From NCBI GenBank assembly GCA_001179505.1, contig CDMY01000227.1, positions 614,613-678,612 of the forward strand: DNA of 64,000 nucleotides, read 5' to 3'. Below, one piece after another: positions 12,051 through 24,800 of this stretch. Every line of letters begins with the position of its first letter. Within the stretch, counting starts at the first letter, position 1. The notes under the pieces are model-generated. The model saw nothing but the letters and a program-made list of their open reading frames with translations. It made no database searches and was not told the DNA's origin. Position numbers and translations under genes: made by a program. This DNA is from Vitrella brassicaformis CCMP3155. Taxonomy: Eukaryota; Protista; Chromerida.

Positions 12051-13798
12051 ATGAGCCAAACAGCCGCTTCTGGGAGGCATTCAATTCTTGCCCTTGTGGC
12101 CCAATCCATTGATGTGTTTGACCACGGGAAGAGTGTCGCCGTGATTGGCGCCGGAGCAGGTACGCGTTACATGGCTCTGGAATTGTTGGTCTGCCCGTGT
12201 GTCTCTGTATCTTTCTTTGCCTCTTGCAGGTGGGCTTGTGGCAGCCCGGCATCTCCGCGACGCCGGCTTGGCTGTGCGCGTCTTCGAGTCATCGGGTCAG
12301 GTCGGCGGCATATGGGTGTACGGCGACCACTCGGCCATGTATGATTCGCTTCGCACCAACATACCCAAGGAGATCATGGCCTTCAGCGACGTCCCCTTCG
12401 ACCCATCCCTGCCCTCCTTCATCAAGCACACAGACGTGCTCAGCTACCTGCAGGCATACGCCGACCGCTTCGCCCTCCGTGACTCGATTGCCTTCAATAC
12501 GACTGTCCACTCAGCCGAGTACGTGGCAGCTGGCAGGGAAGGCGCAGCGGTGGAGGGCGGCTGGCGGATCAACGGCGAGGAGCGGCTGTACGACGCTCTA
12601 GTGGTGGCGAATGGGCGTTACAACAAGCCGCGGTATCCGAGACTGATAAAGATGGGGTTTCGTGGGCCGTCTACGCACTCGAAATACTACCGCGAGCCGT
12701 CAGCATACGCCAGCCAGCGGGTGCTTGTGGTCGGCGGCAGCTGGTCGGGATCGGGTACGCCCATGCGTGAATGAACCTCCCCCAGTCATATTAGAGGCGC
12801 CTGTCCATCCAGGTCTTTCTTTTGCTGTCCCTCCTCGTGTGTGTGGCAGATTTGGTGTGGGAGCTCAGCAGCGTCGCGACTACCGTTGTGTGGTCGGGCA
12901 CGCAATTCACAGACGCCGACACAGCGGCTGACCTGGTGGCCAAGCTGCCAGCCAGCGTGTGTTTGGTGGGCCGCATTCAAGGTGTCGAGGAGGACGGCCG
13001 GTACATCAGCGTGGGGAGCGACGGGCAGCTGGTCACCAGCACCGACACAATCGATGCCGTCATCTGGGCGACGGGATACACATACGGTAGGTACGGTGGG
13101 TAAAAGCGAGCAGGCCACGACGGCACGGCACACTATTTGTTGTGGTGTTGTACGGTACGACATTCAGATTTCCCGTTCTTCGCTCCCGGGAGCGGGCTGA
13201 TCCCGTCGGGCACAGCGGATGACCCACAGTGCCTGTTTGACGCCCTCCACCTGCACGTGTTCCGCAAGAGTCACCCAGCCAGCCTGTTCTTCGTGGGGCT
13301 GACCTTTGGGACCGGCGGGTTCTTCTTCTGCATGGAGGTGCAGGCCAAGGCGATAGTCGCCGTCCTCAAGGGGCAGGTCTCGCATGCGGTATATATAGTT
13401 GATTGATTGCACAGATACTCACACACACGGGTGTTCGCATGTGCCTGCTTTCTGTCTGTCTGTGGTGTCCGTTTCAGGAGCTGGCGGCTCTGCCGAGGTT
13501 CCCGCACCACTACACGCCCGCCTGCTACTGCGCGCTGCTCGAAATGATCGCCCAAGGCAGTCACGAGTCCTTCCCCCACACCCACAGCCGCAACGGCAGT
13601 AGCGAAATCATCACGGCCGACCCCGATGCCCTGCAGCTGCCCCCGCACATTCTGCTGAGGAAGCATCTGCACATGGACACGACGCTGTCGAGGAAGAGGC
13701 TGCCCGGCAGATATAGGGAGAGGAACTATCACATCTGCATGAGGGAGGGAGGGGAAGGGGAGATGATGGCTTGGCAAGTGACCGAGCCCGTAGAGTAG
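12051..13798 (+). CDS. Flavin-containing monooxygenase (class B FMO), multi-exon
   Basis: VAVIGAGA|GGL (FAD GxGxxG split by an intron), GGIW, MYDSLRTNIPKEIMAFSD, FRGPSTHSKYY (FxGxxxHxxxY), VVGGSWSG (NADP site) and VIWATGY. The start codon is tentative. Confidence 0.9.
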
Positions 13799-14271
13799 TG
13801 TGATGGAATTGAAGGGAGGCGTGTATTTGTCGTTTGGTGCTGGCGGGGAGAGGAGAGACCCCTTTTCGTAGGTCGTCGGTGTGGTTTAGGTAGTGGTTGG
13901 TGGTTGTGGTTGGTGGCTCGCGCTGTTTGTTGCGCTGGGCGGCGCAGAGGGCCAATTGGCTCGTCGGCCTGTGTGTGTGTGTGAGAGAGAGAGAGATTGT
14001 GTGGCGTGTTTGTGGACTGGATTGGCGTGTGTTTCCTCTGCGAGTTCGTGCGATGAATGGATGGATATGTGCGGACTCGTCTGAGTGAGAATGGATGGAT
14101 TGAGATCCGATTTGCCTCACATCGTCATACATCCGGCCATTCATTCAGTCAACATGAATTTGGCCAATCCATCCAGTCAGTCAGTGTGTCGTCTACTCCT
14201 CGATCTACTCTACAGTCTGTCTGTCTGTGTCAGTCGGTCGGTCGGTCTGTGTGTGGGCAGCTGGCTCAGGC

Positions 14272-17200
14272 TCAGAGGTACCAGGGGAAGGTGGCGAGGG
14301 CGTCGGTGGGCGTCTTGAGCTGCAGATTCTCCGCGACCTTACGAGCACACACCTCCGCCATCTTGACCACCGCTGGCACACGGATCGGACCTGATCGATT
14401 GACATTCACACACACACACAGTGAGAGAGAGCGAGAGGGCAGGATGTGTGTGTGTGTCTGTGTGTGGCACTGGTTGGTTGCTGACCGCTCCAGTTTTGGT
14501 ACATGGTGCTGAGCTGCATGGTCAGGTTGGTTGTTTGGTCGACGTCGAGGCCCCAGCGATCCATGTGCAGCACCTCATACCTGTTTGTTTGTTTGGTTCC
14601 ACACAGGCAGGCAGAGCAAAAACCCACACACGCACAGCGTGTCTCTCTCTGCCTCTCTGTCTGTCTGTCTCTGTGTGTGTGTTGGTGGTCACTTGGTGGG
14701 TGTGATGGTGCCGCTCGTGACCTGCTGATGGCAGCCGTACCAGACGTACACTCCCTCGTCGGCAACACCTGATTGAAATGCACACACACACACACTCCAC
14801 TCACACACAGCAGTCACCTCAGCCCCCATCCACTCACTACTGATTTACCTTTGTCGAAGACGGAGAGGGGCGGGGGGTTGGACAGCTGGTTGCCTTTTGC
14901 CGTGGCGAACCTACACACACAAAAACACAAACACAAACACATACGCACACATACACACACACACACAGAGATGGGTGGGGGTCTCTCTCCCTCTCCCTCT
15001 CCCTCGCTCTCTCTCTCCGTGTGTGTGTGTGTGTGTGCCTGGTGTTGGTCTGTTGTGTGGTGAGTATGACGGCGAGCTCTGGTTGCTTGTCGCCGCAGGC
15101 CTGCTCGAGGCCGGTCTTGATGGCGGGAATCTCGTACTCGGTTGCAGCGACCTTCTGCCCTTCCCCCAGGCCGGTGCGGTAGATGATCATGCGCTTGACG
15201 CCGATGTTGTTGCGCTGCTTGAACGTCTCACACGCACCCGATTTGATTATATGCACAGAGAGAGAGATGCATCCTGTGTGTGTGATGTGTGGGCTTGTGA
15301 TGTGTGTGGATACGAGAGATGAAGTTGGTGAGTGCTCCGGCCAGGTCCATCTCAGACGAGTACACCTGCGACACTGAACCACACACACACACACACACAC
15401 ACAGAGAGACAGAGAGGGATCTGTGTGTGTGTGTGTGTGTGTGTGCGGCTGGCTGTGGGTGGTTTACGTGTGAAGTGCTCGATGAACAGGTCATCGACCG
15501 TTGCACACAGCGACACGATCGTCGAATCTGCACACACACACACACACACACGCACACACACGCACACACACACGTGCCTGTCTGTCTGTCTCTGTCCTTT
15601 GTTTGTGTGGCCTCGACTCACTGACTCACTGACTGACCTTTGCTCTTGCGCGAGTCGACGCCGATGGCCATCAAGGGCTTGCGCCCCTTGACGTTGAGCC
15701 CCCACGCAGCGCCGCCCACCTTGCACACGATCTGCACACACACACACATGGATGGATGTGTGTGTGTGTTGAACGGATGGATGTGTGTGTTGGTTGACCT
15801 GACCTGCTGGACGACCTTTTGACAGGCTGTTTGCCACTTGTTGCTGGCCAGCGTCTTGCTCTGCACGCACTGCGCCACACACGCACACTGGCTGCCCTCG
15901 CACGTCAGCAGCTGCTTCAACCCCTGAACACACACACGCACACACGCACACAGCCGCGTCATTTCTCTCTCTCTCTCTCTCTCTCCGTGTGTGTGTGTGT
16001 GTGTGTGGTGTGGTTTGGTTACGTACGTTGTAGAGTTGTGTGACGCTTGTTGTCTTCCCTTTGGAGTTGGGGAGGAGGCAGACCACGCACTGCGCTCCGC
16101 TGATTTCCTCGACGAGGGTCTGGTGGTCGGCCAACATGGCGCTCAGCGACTGGTTGATCAGCCACTTGGGCGGCTCCCAGTCGCCCATGCCGAGTGCTAA
16201 ACACACACACATCCACACACACACACACACACATGAGATGAGTGAATTTGGTGGGCGGGGCGTGTGTGTGGCCACGTACACACACACTTACACGTCGCAG
16301 CGGCGTAGATGTCCCTTGCCATTTTCTGCGCTTGTTGGGCGTCGCTCTTGTCGGCCAGCACAACCCATTTCTCGAGCTTGATGGGCTTGAGGCAGCCCTT
16401 GGGGATGAAGTTGAACGAGTCGCCGCGCAAAGCATTGCCACCTTGTAAATTGTTGACACACACACACAGACACACCAATCCATCCATCCATCCATTTATG
16501 TGTGTGGCCACTGTGTCGCTGACTGTTCTTGAGTGCGTCCTCGTTCTTTCCCTTCCTCGGCGCCTTCAGCGTCTCGAGCGTGTTGGGGCGGTCGTAGTAC
16601 TGACCATACACACACACACACATGTGTCTGTGGCTGTCTATGTGTGGGTGGGTGCGGTGTGTGTGTACGCGGAACGAGTTGGCGTTGTCTCCGTCGTTGA
16701 GCTTTCTGCCCGTGACGCTCTCCTTGGCGTCGCAGATTTCGAGTTTGAATTTGTCCAGCACGGCCTTGGCGTTGGGATTGTCACGCAGCACCTCGACGAA
16801 CCGATGAGCACGCTTCAGCCGATCGTCTACACACACACACACTCACACACACACTCATCCATGAGATGGATGGATGTGGCCTCTCTCTCTCTCTCTGCGT
16901 GTGTGTGGTGTCTCTCTCGCCCACCAGGGGTCATGCGGCAGGCCTTGCCAACCAGATCGTTGATCAAGTGGTCGTTGCGAATCGTATGACCATACATAGA
17001 GACACAGAGAGGGATATATGGCGATGCCCGCGATGTGTGTGTGTGTGTGTGGGGGGGGGTCTGTGGGAGGGGGTCACACACAGACTCACTCGTCGAGTCC
17101 GGTCAGCGTGACGCACTGGACGGGCAGTTTGATGGTGCGAATGACGACCTCCACCTTTGCACCATCGCTGTTGGTGACCTTCTTGCGACGCTCAGATACC

Positions 17201-17841
17201 ACTGCACACACACACACACAGACAGACAGACAGACACACAGACAGACGTGTGTGTGTGGGTTGCTTCCTTCCTTCCTCCCTCCCACACAGACTGACCGAG
17301 TGTCTGGCGGGGCTGGCACTCGACGCCGTACATCTTGAGGAGGTACTCGGCTATGGAGGTTTCGTTGCCGCTCGAATCGACGAACTTGGTCTCAGGCGTC
17401 TCGTCAAACGCTACCTGCACACACACACACACACACACAGACTGAGTCCTCAAGGGAGAGAGAGAGCCAAGTGGATGGCTGGCCGTGTGTGCGCTGTCTC
17501 GCTCGCTGTGGGGTGTGGTGTGTGTACGCGCGTACGCGGTCGATGCAGTAGAGTGATCTGCTGCGGTTGTTGTCAGGCCCCGACTCCTGCACACACACAC
17601 ACAGACAGACATACAGACGTGTGTGTGTGTCTGTGTGTGTGTGTGCACTTTGTGCGTGCGTACGTATGAGGTCATGACGCGCCTGCCCTTGAACTTGTCG
17701 TTGATGTGTGTGTGGAACGCTGCACACACACGCAGGGTGGGGGAGAGTGGTGTGGGTGTGCCGGGGGTGGGTGTGTTGAGGGGGAGAGGGAGGGGGTTTA
17801 CTTACCATCCTCACTCCCACTGAACCCTCGCTGCATCACAC

Positions 17842-17881
<40 letters not shown>

Positions 17882-19081
17882 GGGCCATAAGCACATGGAT
17901 GGATGAAAGGATGAGTGTGGTGTGGTTGGTGTGTTGATTGAATGGGCGTAGTACCTTTTCGTTCTGGATTACGGCGAGCAGCGTCTCGTTGTGGACTATG
18001 CGGTGCGTGAGGTCGGCCTGGAGGTAGAGGGACTTGCCGATCTGCTGGATGGACGTGAAGTGACCTGACAACCAACCAACCCAAGCCACAAACCAAGACA
18101 ACACATCCATCCATCCATCCATCTGTGTGTGTGTGTTGGGGGGGGGGGTTCACCTGGGAGCAGCAGCATCTCTTTACTATTGTTGGGCCCGTACTTGACT
18201 TTCTTGACGAGGGTGCTGAGCTGCTCGGGCGAACGCTCGCTGCACATGTTGGTGAGGAACCCGTGACGCCCGATGAACTCCATGTGCAGCTGGCCCTGAA
18301 AAAAAAGAAAAAAAAAAACACACACACACACATACAGGAGAGAGATTCATGTGTGTGTGTGTGGTTGGTGTGGGTCACCAGCGCCTTCTTGAGTGCGACG
18401 TTCATGTACTGGATGGCCTCCTGCGACAAATCGCCACCGCGCAGCACCAGGTCGTGCTTGAACGCCAACTGAATCGAAAACTGCACACCAATGACACCAC
18501 ACCACACACCAAAGACATGCATGGCCGGATGGGCCCATCCATCCATCCCCACCCTCCCATCCCCGTCTGTCTGTCTGTCTGTGTGTGTGTGACTTACCGT
18601 CTGCGAGTTGCCCTGGATGGTTGAGTCGACCGCCACGGTCTGGTTGGGCGTGAGGCTGTGCGGCAGCGTGACGAACAAGTTCATGCCCTGGTGCAGGATG
18701 GCCCCGACCTTCGCACCATCAGCAACCAACGCGTTCAGAATCTGCACACACCACACACCACACACCACACCACACCACACCGCACCATCCATCACACCCA
18801 TCCATTCATCCCATCATCCTTCTCTGTGTTTGTGTCTGTGTGCCATGGGGTGTGTGTGTGTGTGTCACAGTAATCACCGGTTCCTGGGCGTTGTAGATGA
18901 CCTTGCGCACCTCGCTGACATTGGTGATGGGCGGGGTGATGTTGACGGCGTACACCTGGATCTTGACCGACTCGTCCACCTTGAGGTTGAACAGGTTGGT
19001 GGAGGCGTCGACGGAATTGCCCAGCGAGCAGAAGGAAGGACGCACCACCGCACCGCCGCCAGCCCCGTTCGGCTCCGTCAT
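14272..19081 (-). CDS. Piwi-clade Argonaute (PAZ-MID-PIWI), ~20 short exons, predicted slicer-dead
   Basis: Exons encode LQADLTHRIV, SIAEYLLKMYG (PAZ), LYN-GLKQLL, AQCVQSKTL, QQ-IVCKVGGAAW, MAIGVD, MIIYRTGLGEGQ and YQNWSGPIRVPAVVKMAEVCARKV...FPWYL*. The last matches the Piwi C-terminus YYNWPGVIRVPAPCQYAH...LYYL. Confidence 0.9.
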
Positions 19082-19785
19082 GACCGCTCACCAACACCAA
19101 GTGCAGCAAGCAGGGGGAGGACGGGGCCTTCAGTCAATCACTCAGCGGAAAGAAATCAGTCTAAGCCGAGGAGAAAGAGAAGAACGCGAGAAAATGGCAG
19201 CTCGCTCCCTCTCGAACTGTAAACTCTCCCCCCACTGTCTAGGGACGGCGGCACATGCACACAGAAAGCCAGCCAGCCAGACCCATCCAGCGGTTGTATG
19301 GCACATGTGGGAGGTCGACAAAAAACGACATGCGTGTGTCTTGTCTTGCAATGATGTGTCTCAGCGAGATCAGTCAGTCGCCAATTCATGTGTTCACTTG
19401 TCCACAGAGCTGTTCACTGCAGGCAGACGGATCACATCGGTGGCATGGATGGCTTTGAATTTCAGCAGTGTATTTGTTGTGTATCTAGCCATCTAGGTGT
19501 CCATCTCACTCGTGCATCAATGCATGTGTGTCTACACGTCCCTTGCACCATCGTCATGTCGGACAGCGACATACCAACCAGCCTCCAGGCGCTGGGAACG
19601 ACGGGCAAAAGACTGACGGACCAGCCGGCGCATTGACTGCCACGCGAGAAAACCAACCAATCCCTATGCACAAGTCTTACTAAGCAAACCCCCCATCTCC
19701 TCTTCGACTCCCTGCTCGCTAGGCACAGCGTCAATTCCATCACCGCCGGACACATGCACATAATGCACGTATGTCCCTGCTACAG

Positions 19786-20910
19786 CTACCAGCCTTGATC
19801 GACTGCCGACCGTGTGACATCGCCGTCGAACGCATCGTAGCCTATATACGGGAGCGGCCGGTCGGACAGGAGCGCGTCAAAGTCAGCCTTCAACACCTCC
19901 TGCGCGTGCACACAGATATCGACGACTCACTCCGTACACACCTTTCCGTTTCCCTCCCCGTGGTTGGTGCCTGACCTTCGGTATCAGTCCAATGAGTGCA
20001 GTGAGGATCTCCCCCCGTGCTGACACGAGCGCAATGTGAGGAATGGCATCGACGCGGAACCTCTGCACCAGCCGCTGACTCGACGTGTCCGACCGGCTGC
20101 CATCTACCGTCACGAAGTTGACCCGCCCTGAGTACTCCTTCTCGATGGTCCGCATCGACGGCGCCATCGTCTTGCAGTTCTCGCACCACGGCGCGTAGAA
20201 ATCGATGACAGTCGGCCTCCCGTTGGTGAACAGCTGCGCATCTGGTCACACGGGGAGAGGAGGGCACCATGAGTGAGCACTGGTCAATCAACAAGGGTCG
20301 GCGTGTGCTTACCGACAGGCGGTGAGTCGCGTTCCATCTCGCGTAGGATGACCAAGGGGTCCGCACGGAGAGGATTCAGCCGCTGACCGCCATACAGCAA
20401 GGCCCCACCCAATCCACTACCTGACAGATGCAGGGCGCACGCACACACGCAGCACAGACAAGGGGATGCACAACCACGCCGCTCTCCACTGTGTGTGCTG
20501 GCATGCCTTCTCTGCTCACCCAAGGCGACCCTCATATTCTCGCGCCTCTCCACATTGAGTGCCTCCACCGCCGCCTCCCTCTCCCTCTCCCTCGCAGCAG
20601 CCGCTCCATCGTCGTTGACACTCTTGCCTAGCAGAAGCGCCATCCTCTCTTGGGCCGTAAGGCCGTCATCCGGTGCAGCGACAGCTGTGCTGTCGGCCTC
20701 TCTCTTGCCATCTGTTTCACCAGCGCTGGTCGATTGCTGCTCGGCGAAGCGGTGAGTGGGCCGTCTGCGGAGCTGCAGTGATGGAGCGGAGACGAATAGA
20801 GGGTCAAGCCACGGCCGCGAGTCAGAGATCACGGAGTTTGCCGGGTTGCGCGTCGCCGCGTCTCCTTGCAGCAGAGGGAAGAAACACAGGATGCCAGAGA
20901 TCTTCTTCAT
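19786..20910 (-). CDS. HCF164: HCF164/TxlA-like thylakoid thioredoxin, plastid-targeted, 4 exons
   Basis: TNGRPTVIDFYAPWCENCKTMAP...RVNFVTVD...FRVDAIPHIAL parallels HCF164 (GKPTVVEFYADWCEVC...VNFVML...GIPHFAF). A hydrophobic segment precedes the Trx domain, and there is an N-terminal leader. Confidence 0.8.
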
Positions 20911-21025
20911 TCTGGGAGGGAGTGGGAGAGACGGAGCGAATTTACGATCGGAGCGAATCAGTCCAGTAAGCTCGCAGTGAGGTCGAAGCCGCAGACCAGT
21001 GCCCTTTGGAAGACATCGCATCGCA

Positions 21026-21388
21026 ATGGCCTTCACTCAGCTGAAAGCGACGGGCCTGATCTGCCTGCTGGCCATCGCGCAGTGCTTCGCCATCGACACC
21101 AGAATCGACCTCTCGAGGGCTGCATTCATCAACCCGGCACCCATCGGCAGTGCATCTGGCAGCCGCGCCCTCTCCCGGACGGCATCGCCACAAGGTATCG
21201 GGTCGCCTCTCCTCGCACCCTTGCTGGGCCTTGACGGCAGCGACGCTTCGGCAACGGCCCTGAGCATGGCAGATGATGCGCCACCCGGCAGCCGCGCGTC
21301 GGTTGACTTGAACAGGACATCGTTCTTCTGGGGTGTGCTGCTGATCCTCATCCTCTCGGTGCTCTTCTCGAGCTACTTCTTCAACTGA
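21026..21388 (+). CDS. psbL: Nucleus-encoded photosystem II subunit L with bipartite plastid-targeting presequence
   Basis: C-terminus [29 protein letters not shown] matches PsbL ([28 protein letters not shown]). It is preceded by a signal peptide ([22 protein letters not shown]) and an S/A/R-rich transit-like stretch with AFINP. Confidence 0.93.
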   Translation: MAFTQLKATGLICLLAIAQCFAIDTRIDLSRAAFINPAPIGSASGSRALSRTASPQGIGSPLLAPLLGLDGSDASATALSMADDAPPGSRASVDLNRTSFFWGVLLILILSVLFSSYFFN

Positions 21389-21892
21389 CCGACCGACCGA
21401 CGGACGACGGACGGATGACCACTGCTGCTGCGGGAGGACAGGGCGGCGGGAAGGAAGACCGTGTTTGCTTTCTTTACCAGATGTGATGTGATGGCTGTCC
21501 GCAAAATGAAGTGACGTGTGCGAGCGTGGATGCGGGTTGGAGGAAGGCAGGCGTGTAGGTTTCTGTGTGACTGCGTGAAGTGGAGTGGGGTGCGTCACGG
21601 CCGACCGACTGGCTGCTGGATGTTGCCGTGCCACTCACGGTGGTATGGGTGACTGTTTGATTGGGCGCACCGCACCTGTGTGACTGACGTGGACGCATTC
21701 GTGCTTGCAATGCAATGCAATGCAAACCCTACCTACATGACAGACCGAACGAAATTTCTGCGGTGAAGGCTGTTGCAGTCAGTAATCTGATTTGGTATAT
21801 TCGATCGATTGCCACCCCAAAGGGAAAACGTCCTTACAGCATCCACACTGAAATGCCCAGTAGGTCCATCTCTCACACACAAACGCAAACGG

Positions 21893-24800
21893 TCATCTCC
21901 CAGCCGTCCTCACCAGTTTCAGAGCTTCCGTGATCTTTGCCTTCGTGTCATCATCCGCATCAGTCAGACCTGCCCGCGGCGCAGCCACACAGCCAATGAA
22001 CACAAATGCTGAATCAAGCAATCAGCCACTGCTCACCGGAGAGCCTGGTCTGGGCCTCCTGCAGCATGTAGGGCTGGGCAACGCCACTTCGCGACAGCCC
22101 CCATATGGTGTCGGCCAGTGTGCGGTCAGACATCCTGTGGACCTGCAGACAGACAGCCACGCAGACATTGCACACGTCGTCAACATTCAGACGAGCGTCT
22201 TGTCTATCCGTCGATGAATTCTTCGTCGTCTGACCTGTTCAGCTGCCTGTTCAGCCACCGCCGTGCCCAGCTCACGGCGAATCGACTGCACCACACACCA
22301 ACCAAACATTCGGGCTTCACCTCATTCCAGCGTCCCTACCTGATTCCTGCCCCGCGCCACTGCAGGTCCACCAGCTGTGGTGCCGAGCGTCCAGCTGAGC
22401 CTGGCCAGGTCGTTAGGGCTGACCAAGCCACTCTCGCCACGCGATGCAAATCGCCGGCGGAGCTCAGTGTACCCGACATCGAATAGCTGCACGGAAGAGG
22501 AGGCGAAACATTGATGCGAGATGAGACGGATGGGTACCTGGCTGGCTGGCTCGCTCACCCGCGGATGCTCATCGGCGGCGCCGAGGGAGGCGTAGCAGGA
22601 CAGAAGGCGGACCCATTGTGGAGTGGTCAGAGCAGCGCGACAAGACAGGGCCTCCGTTTCAAGCTCCTGCACACATGTAAACAAGGAAGAAATGACGTCT
22701 CCGTGTCAGCCTTTCTCGTGTTGTCCTGACCGTGAAAAGCTCCTGCTCATACACGCCAACGGTTGCGAATGACTGCGCACACGTGACGATGTCGACGGGC
22801 TGGAACTCCTGCAGTTTGGCCGACACCTTGCGGGCCAACGCCTGGAAGGAACCACGATCCACACGGGGATATATGGACCTGACAAGGACATGACGCAGGC
22901 CGTTTATCCATGATGATACATCTGTGCTCTGCTTCATGGTGTGCGCTTGCTCACTTCATAAGGTCCCACACCGTCTCCGAGAGCTGCGGGATCCGTCCGC
23001 GACGCAGACTGCTCGACGCCTCCTGAATGACCGACCAGTCACACAGCAAACAGGAATTGAGCTCATTCTTCTCTCTCCGATGCCACTGACGTACCTTTGC
23101 AGCCGCCTGATAAAAGTCCAGAGGCGGGCTGTCTGGCTCTGACGATTCCTTGGATGCAACGGACGACAGCAACACCACCGCTTCCTGACACAACACAGAA
23201 TGATACAAGCCAATCGATATGCTCATTCCCATACTTCTGTGCGTATGGACGAGCCTGAGGAGAGAATTCTCCTATCTGGGTGGCGGCCTTGTCAGCGATG
23301 GCCCGGATGAGGCGACCACTCTGATCCCCCTGATGCGTCTCGTTCATGGCCGCGTGGTACAGCAGCACATGCTGGAGCTTCGAGTATGCGTATGTGACGT
23401 CCCGCATGTCCTCGGGTGTCATCTCGTGCACCCTCTCGACCAAGTGGTCAGCCACCGACACCAGGAATGACGTGTGTAGCTGGGTGAGGGCCGACCGCTG
23501 GTGCAGGGCCGTCAGCTGCCGTTCCATGCGGCATGCGGCAAGCAGGATGTGGCTGATGGACTGCAGGCTCATCGACATCAGCCGGGGCGTGGCGAAACGC
23601 ACAGTCAGCTCCAGCAGATCCAGATCGACCAGGTCCGCCTGCACCAGGCAACGGGGGTGGCGGATGCATCACATGACGGTCATCTCTGGCTGCGTCTGAC
23701 CTGATTGAGCGCCCACATGACAATAGACACCTCCTGCGGCTTGACCGAACCCTGTGCCAGCGCCCGTTTGCCACCACCACCGTCGCCGCCAATGTCTCTC
23801 CTCAGTCGAGTCTTGACTTCAGCGGCCAGCGCACTAAAGACGTCTTCGTCGAACCACTTGAGCTTGGCGTATCCCCACATGATGATGGCGATGGCTTGCG
23901 ACGAATAGCTGCTGAACGACGATGTGCTCAGCAGCCGCTTGCGGGACTCCTCGTACAAGGCATCGGGGGGATCATCCGCAACGGCAAACGACCACACCAG
24001 CAGGGCCAAATCCTGACGGGAAAAGAGATGGGAAAAATGATAGCCACCTCACCACGTGATGTGCTTCGGGTGTGCGGTGTAGTGCGGTGTAGGTACCCGT
24101 GGTGGTGCTTGTTGGAGCAGCTCGGCCGTGATAGCCTTCCCGATCATTCGCAGCGCCTTGCGCACCAGCTCCACCACCACTGCAGACTCCGATATCAACA
24201 CTTGGCCCCCGCTCTCACCCCCATCATCGTCAGACTCCAATTCCTCAGCAGACGAAATGCTCGCGTAAGAATGTCGCCGCAGATGTGTGCTCATGGCCCA
24301 CGCAATGGTGGTCAGCTGTCCAGTCGAGAGGGAACCCCGAAGCAGCAGCCAGTTCAGCCGCGGAATGGCGGCCCGCAGGAGGGGAGCCGACAGTGTGTCC
24401 AGCTGCATCCACCAACAACAGGCATGGAAGGGACCTGAGGTCTAAGAGAGGTTGCGTCCATAAGCTTACCTTGACGGCAGCCCACAGAGTAGTAGTCAGT
24501 GCCCCTGCCCCCATGCTTGATGCCTGACGCACGCAGGAAAGAGCAAAGAGATATAATGGCTCTCAGGGCGCATGTGCGTACAACGCCAGTTGCCTACCCT
24601 TTCTGCGACGTGACGCCCCAGCAGGTCCAGCACATGTGCGCTATCCTCGGTCAAGCTGCGCTGTGGACGCTTTCTAGATGGGGAAACCTCATCAGAATCG
24701 CCGTCTGAGCCAGCCTCGAGTCGAGAAGGTATGGGCATGTCTGCAGTAAGGGCGTCGGCTGTGCCGCCCCGGGAAGGGCCTGACTGCATGGCGAGGCTCC

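Noticed and set aside
12051-13798. FMO as part of a metabolic cluster with the methyltransferase or NSP-like gene
   Set aside because: The genes are 5-35 kb apart with unrelated genes between; no support for a pathway.
14400-18900. Many ORFs rich in CVCV/HTHT
   Set aside because: Translations of intronic (GT/CA)n microsatellites.
20911-21036. In-frame upstream ATGs that would extend HCF164 over the psbL start
   Set aside because: The extension has no leader character and overlaps psbL; ATG 20910 is preferred. No overlap claim is made.
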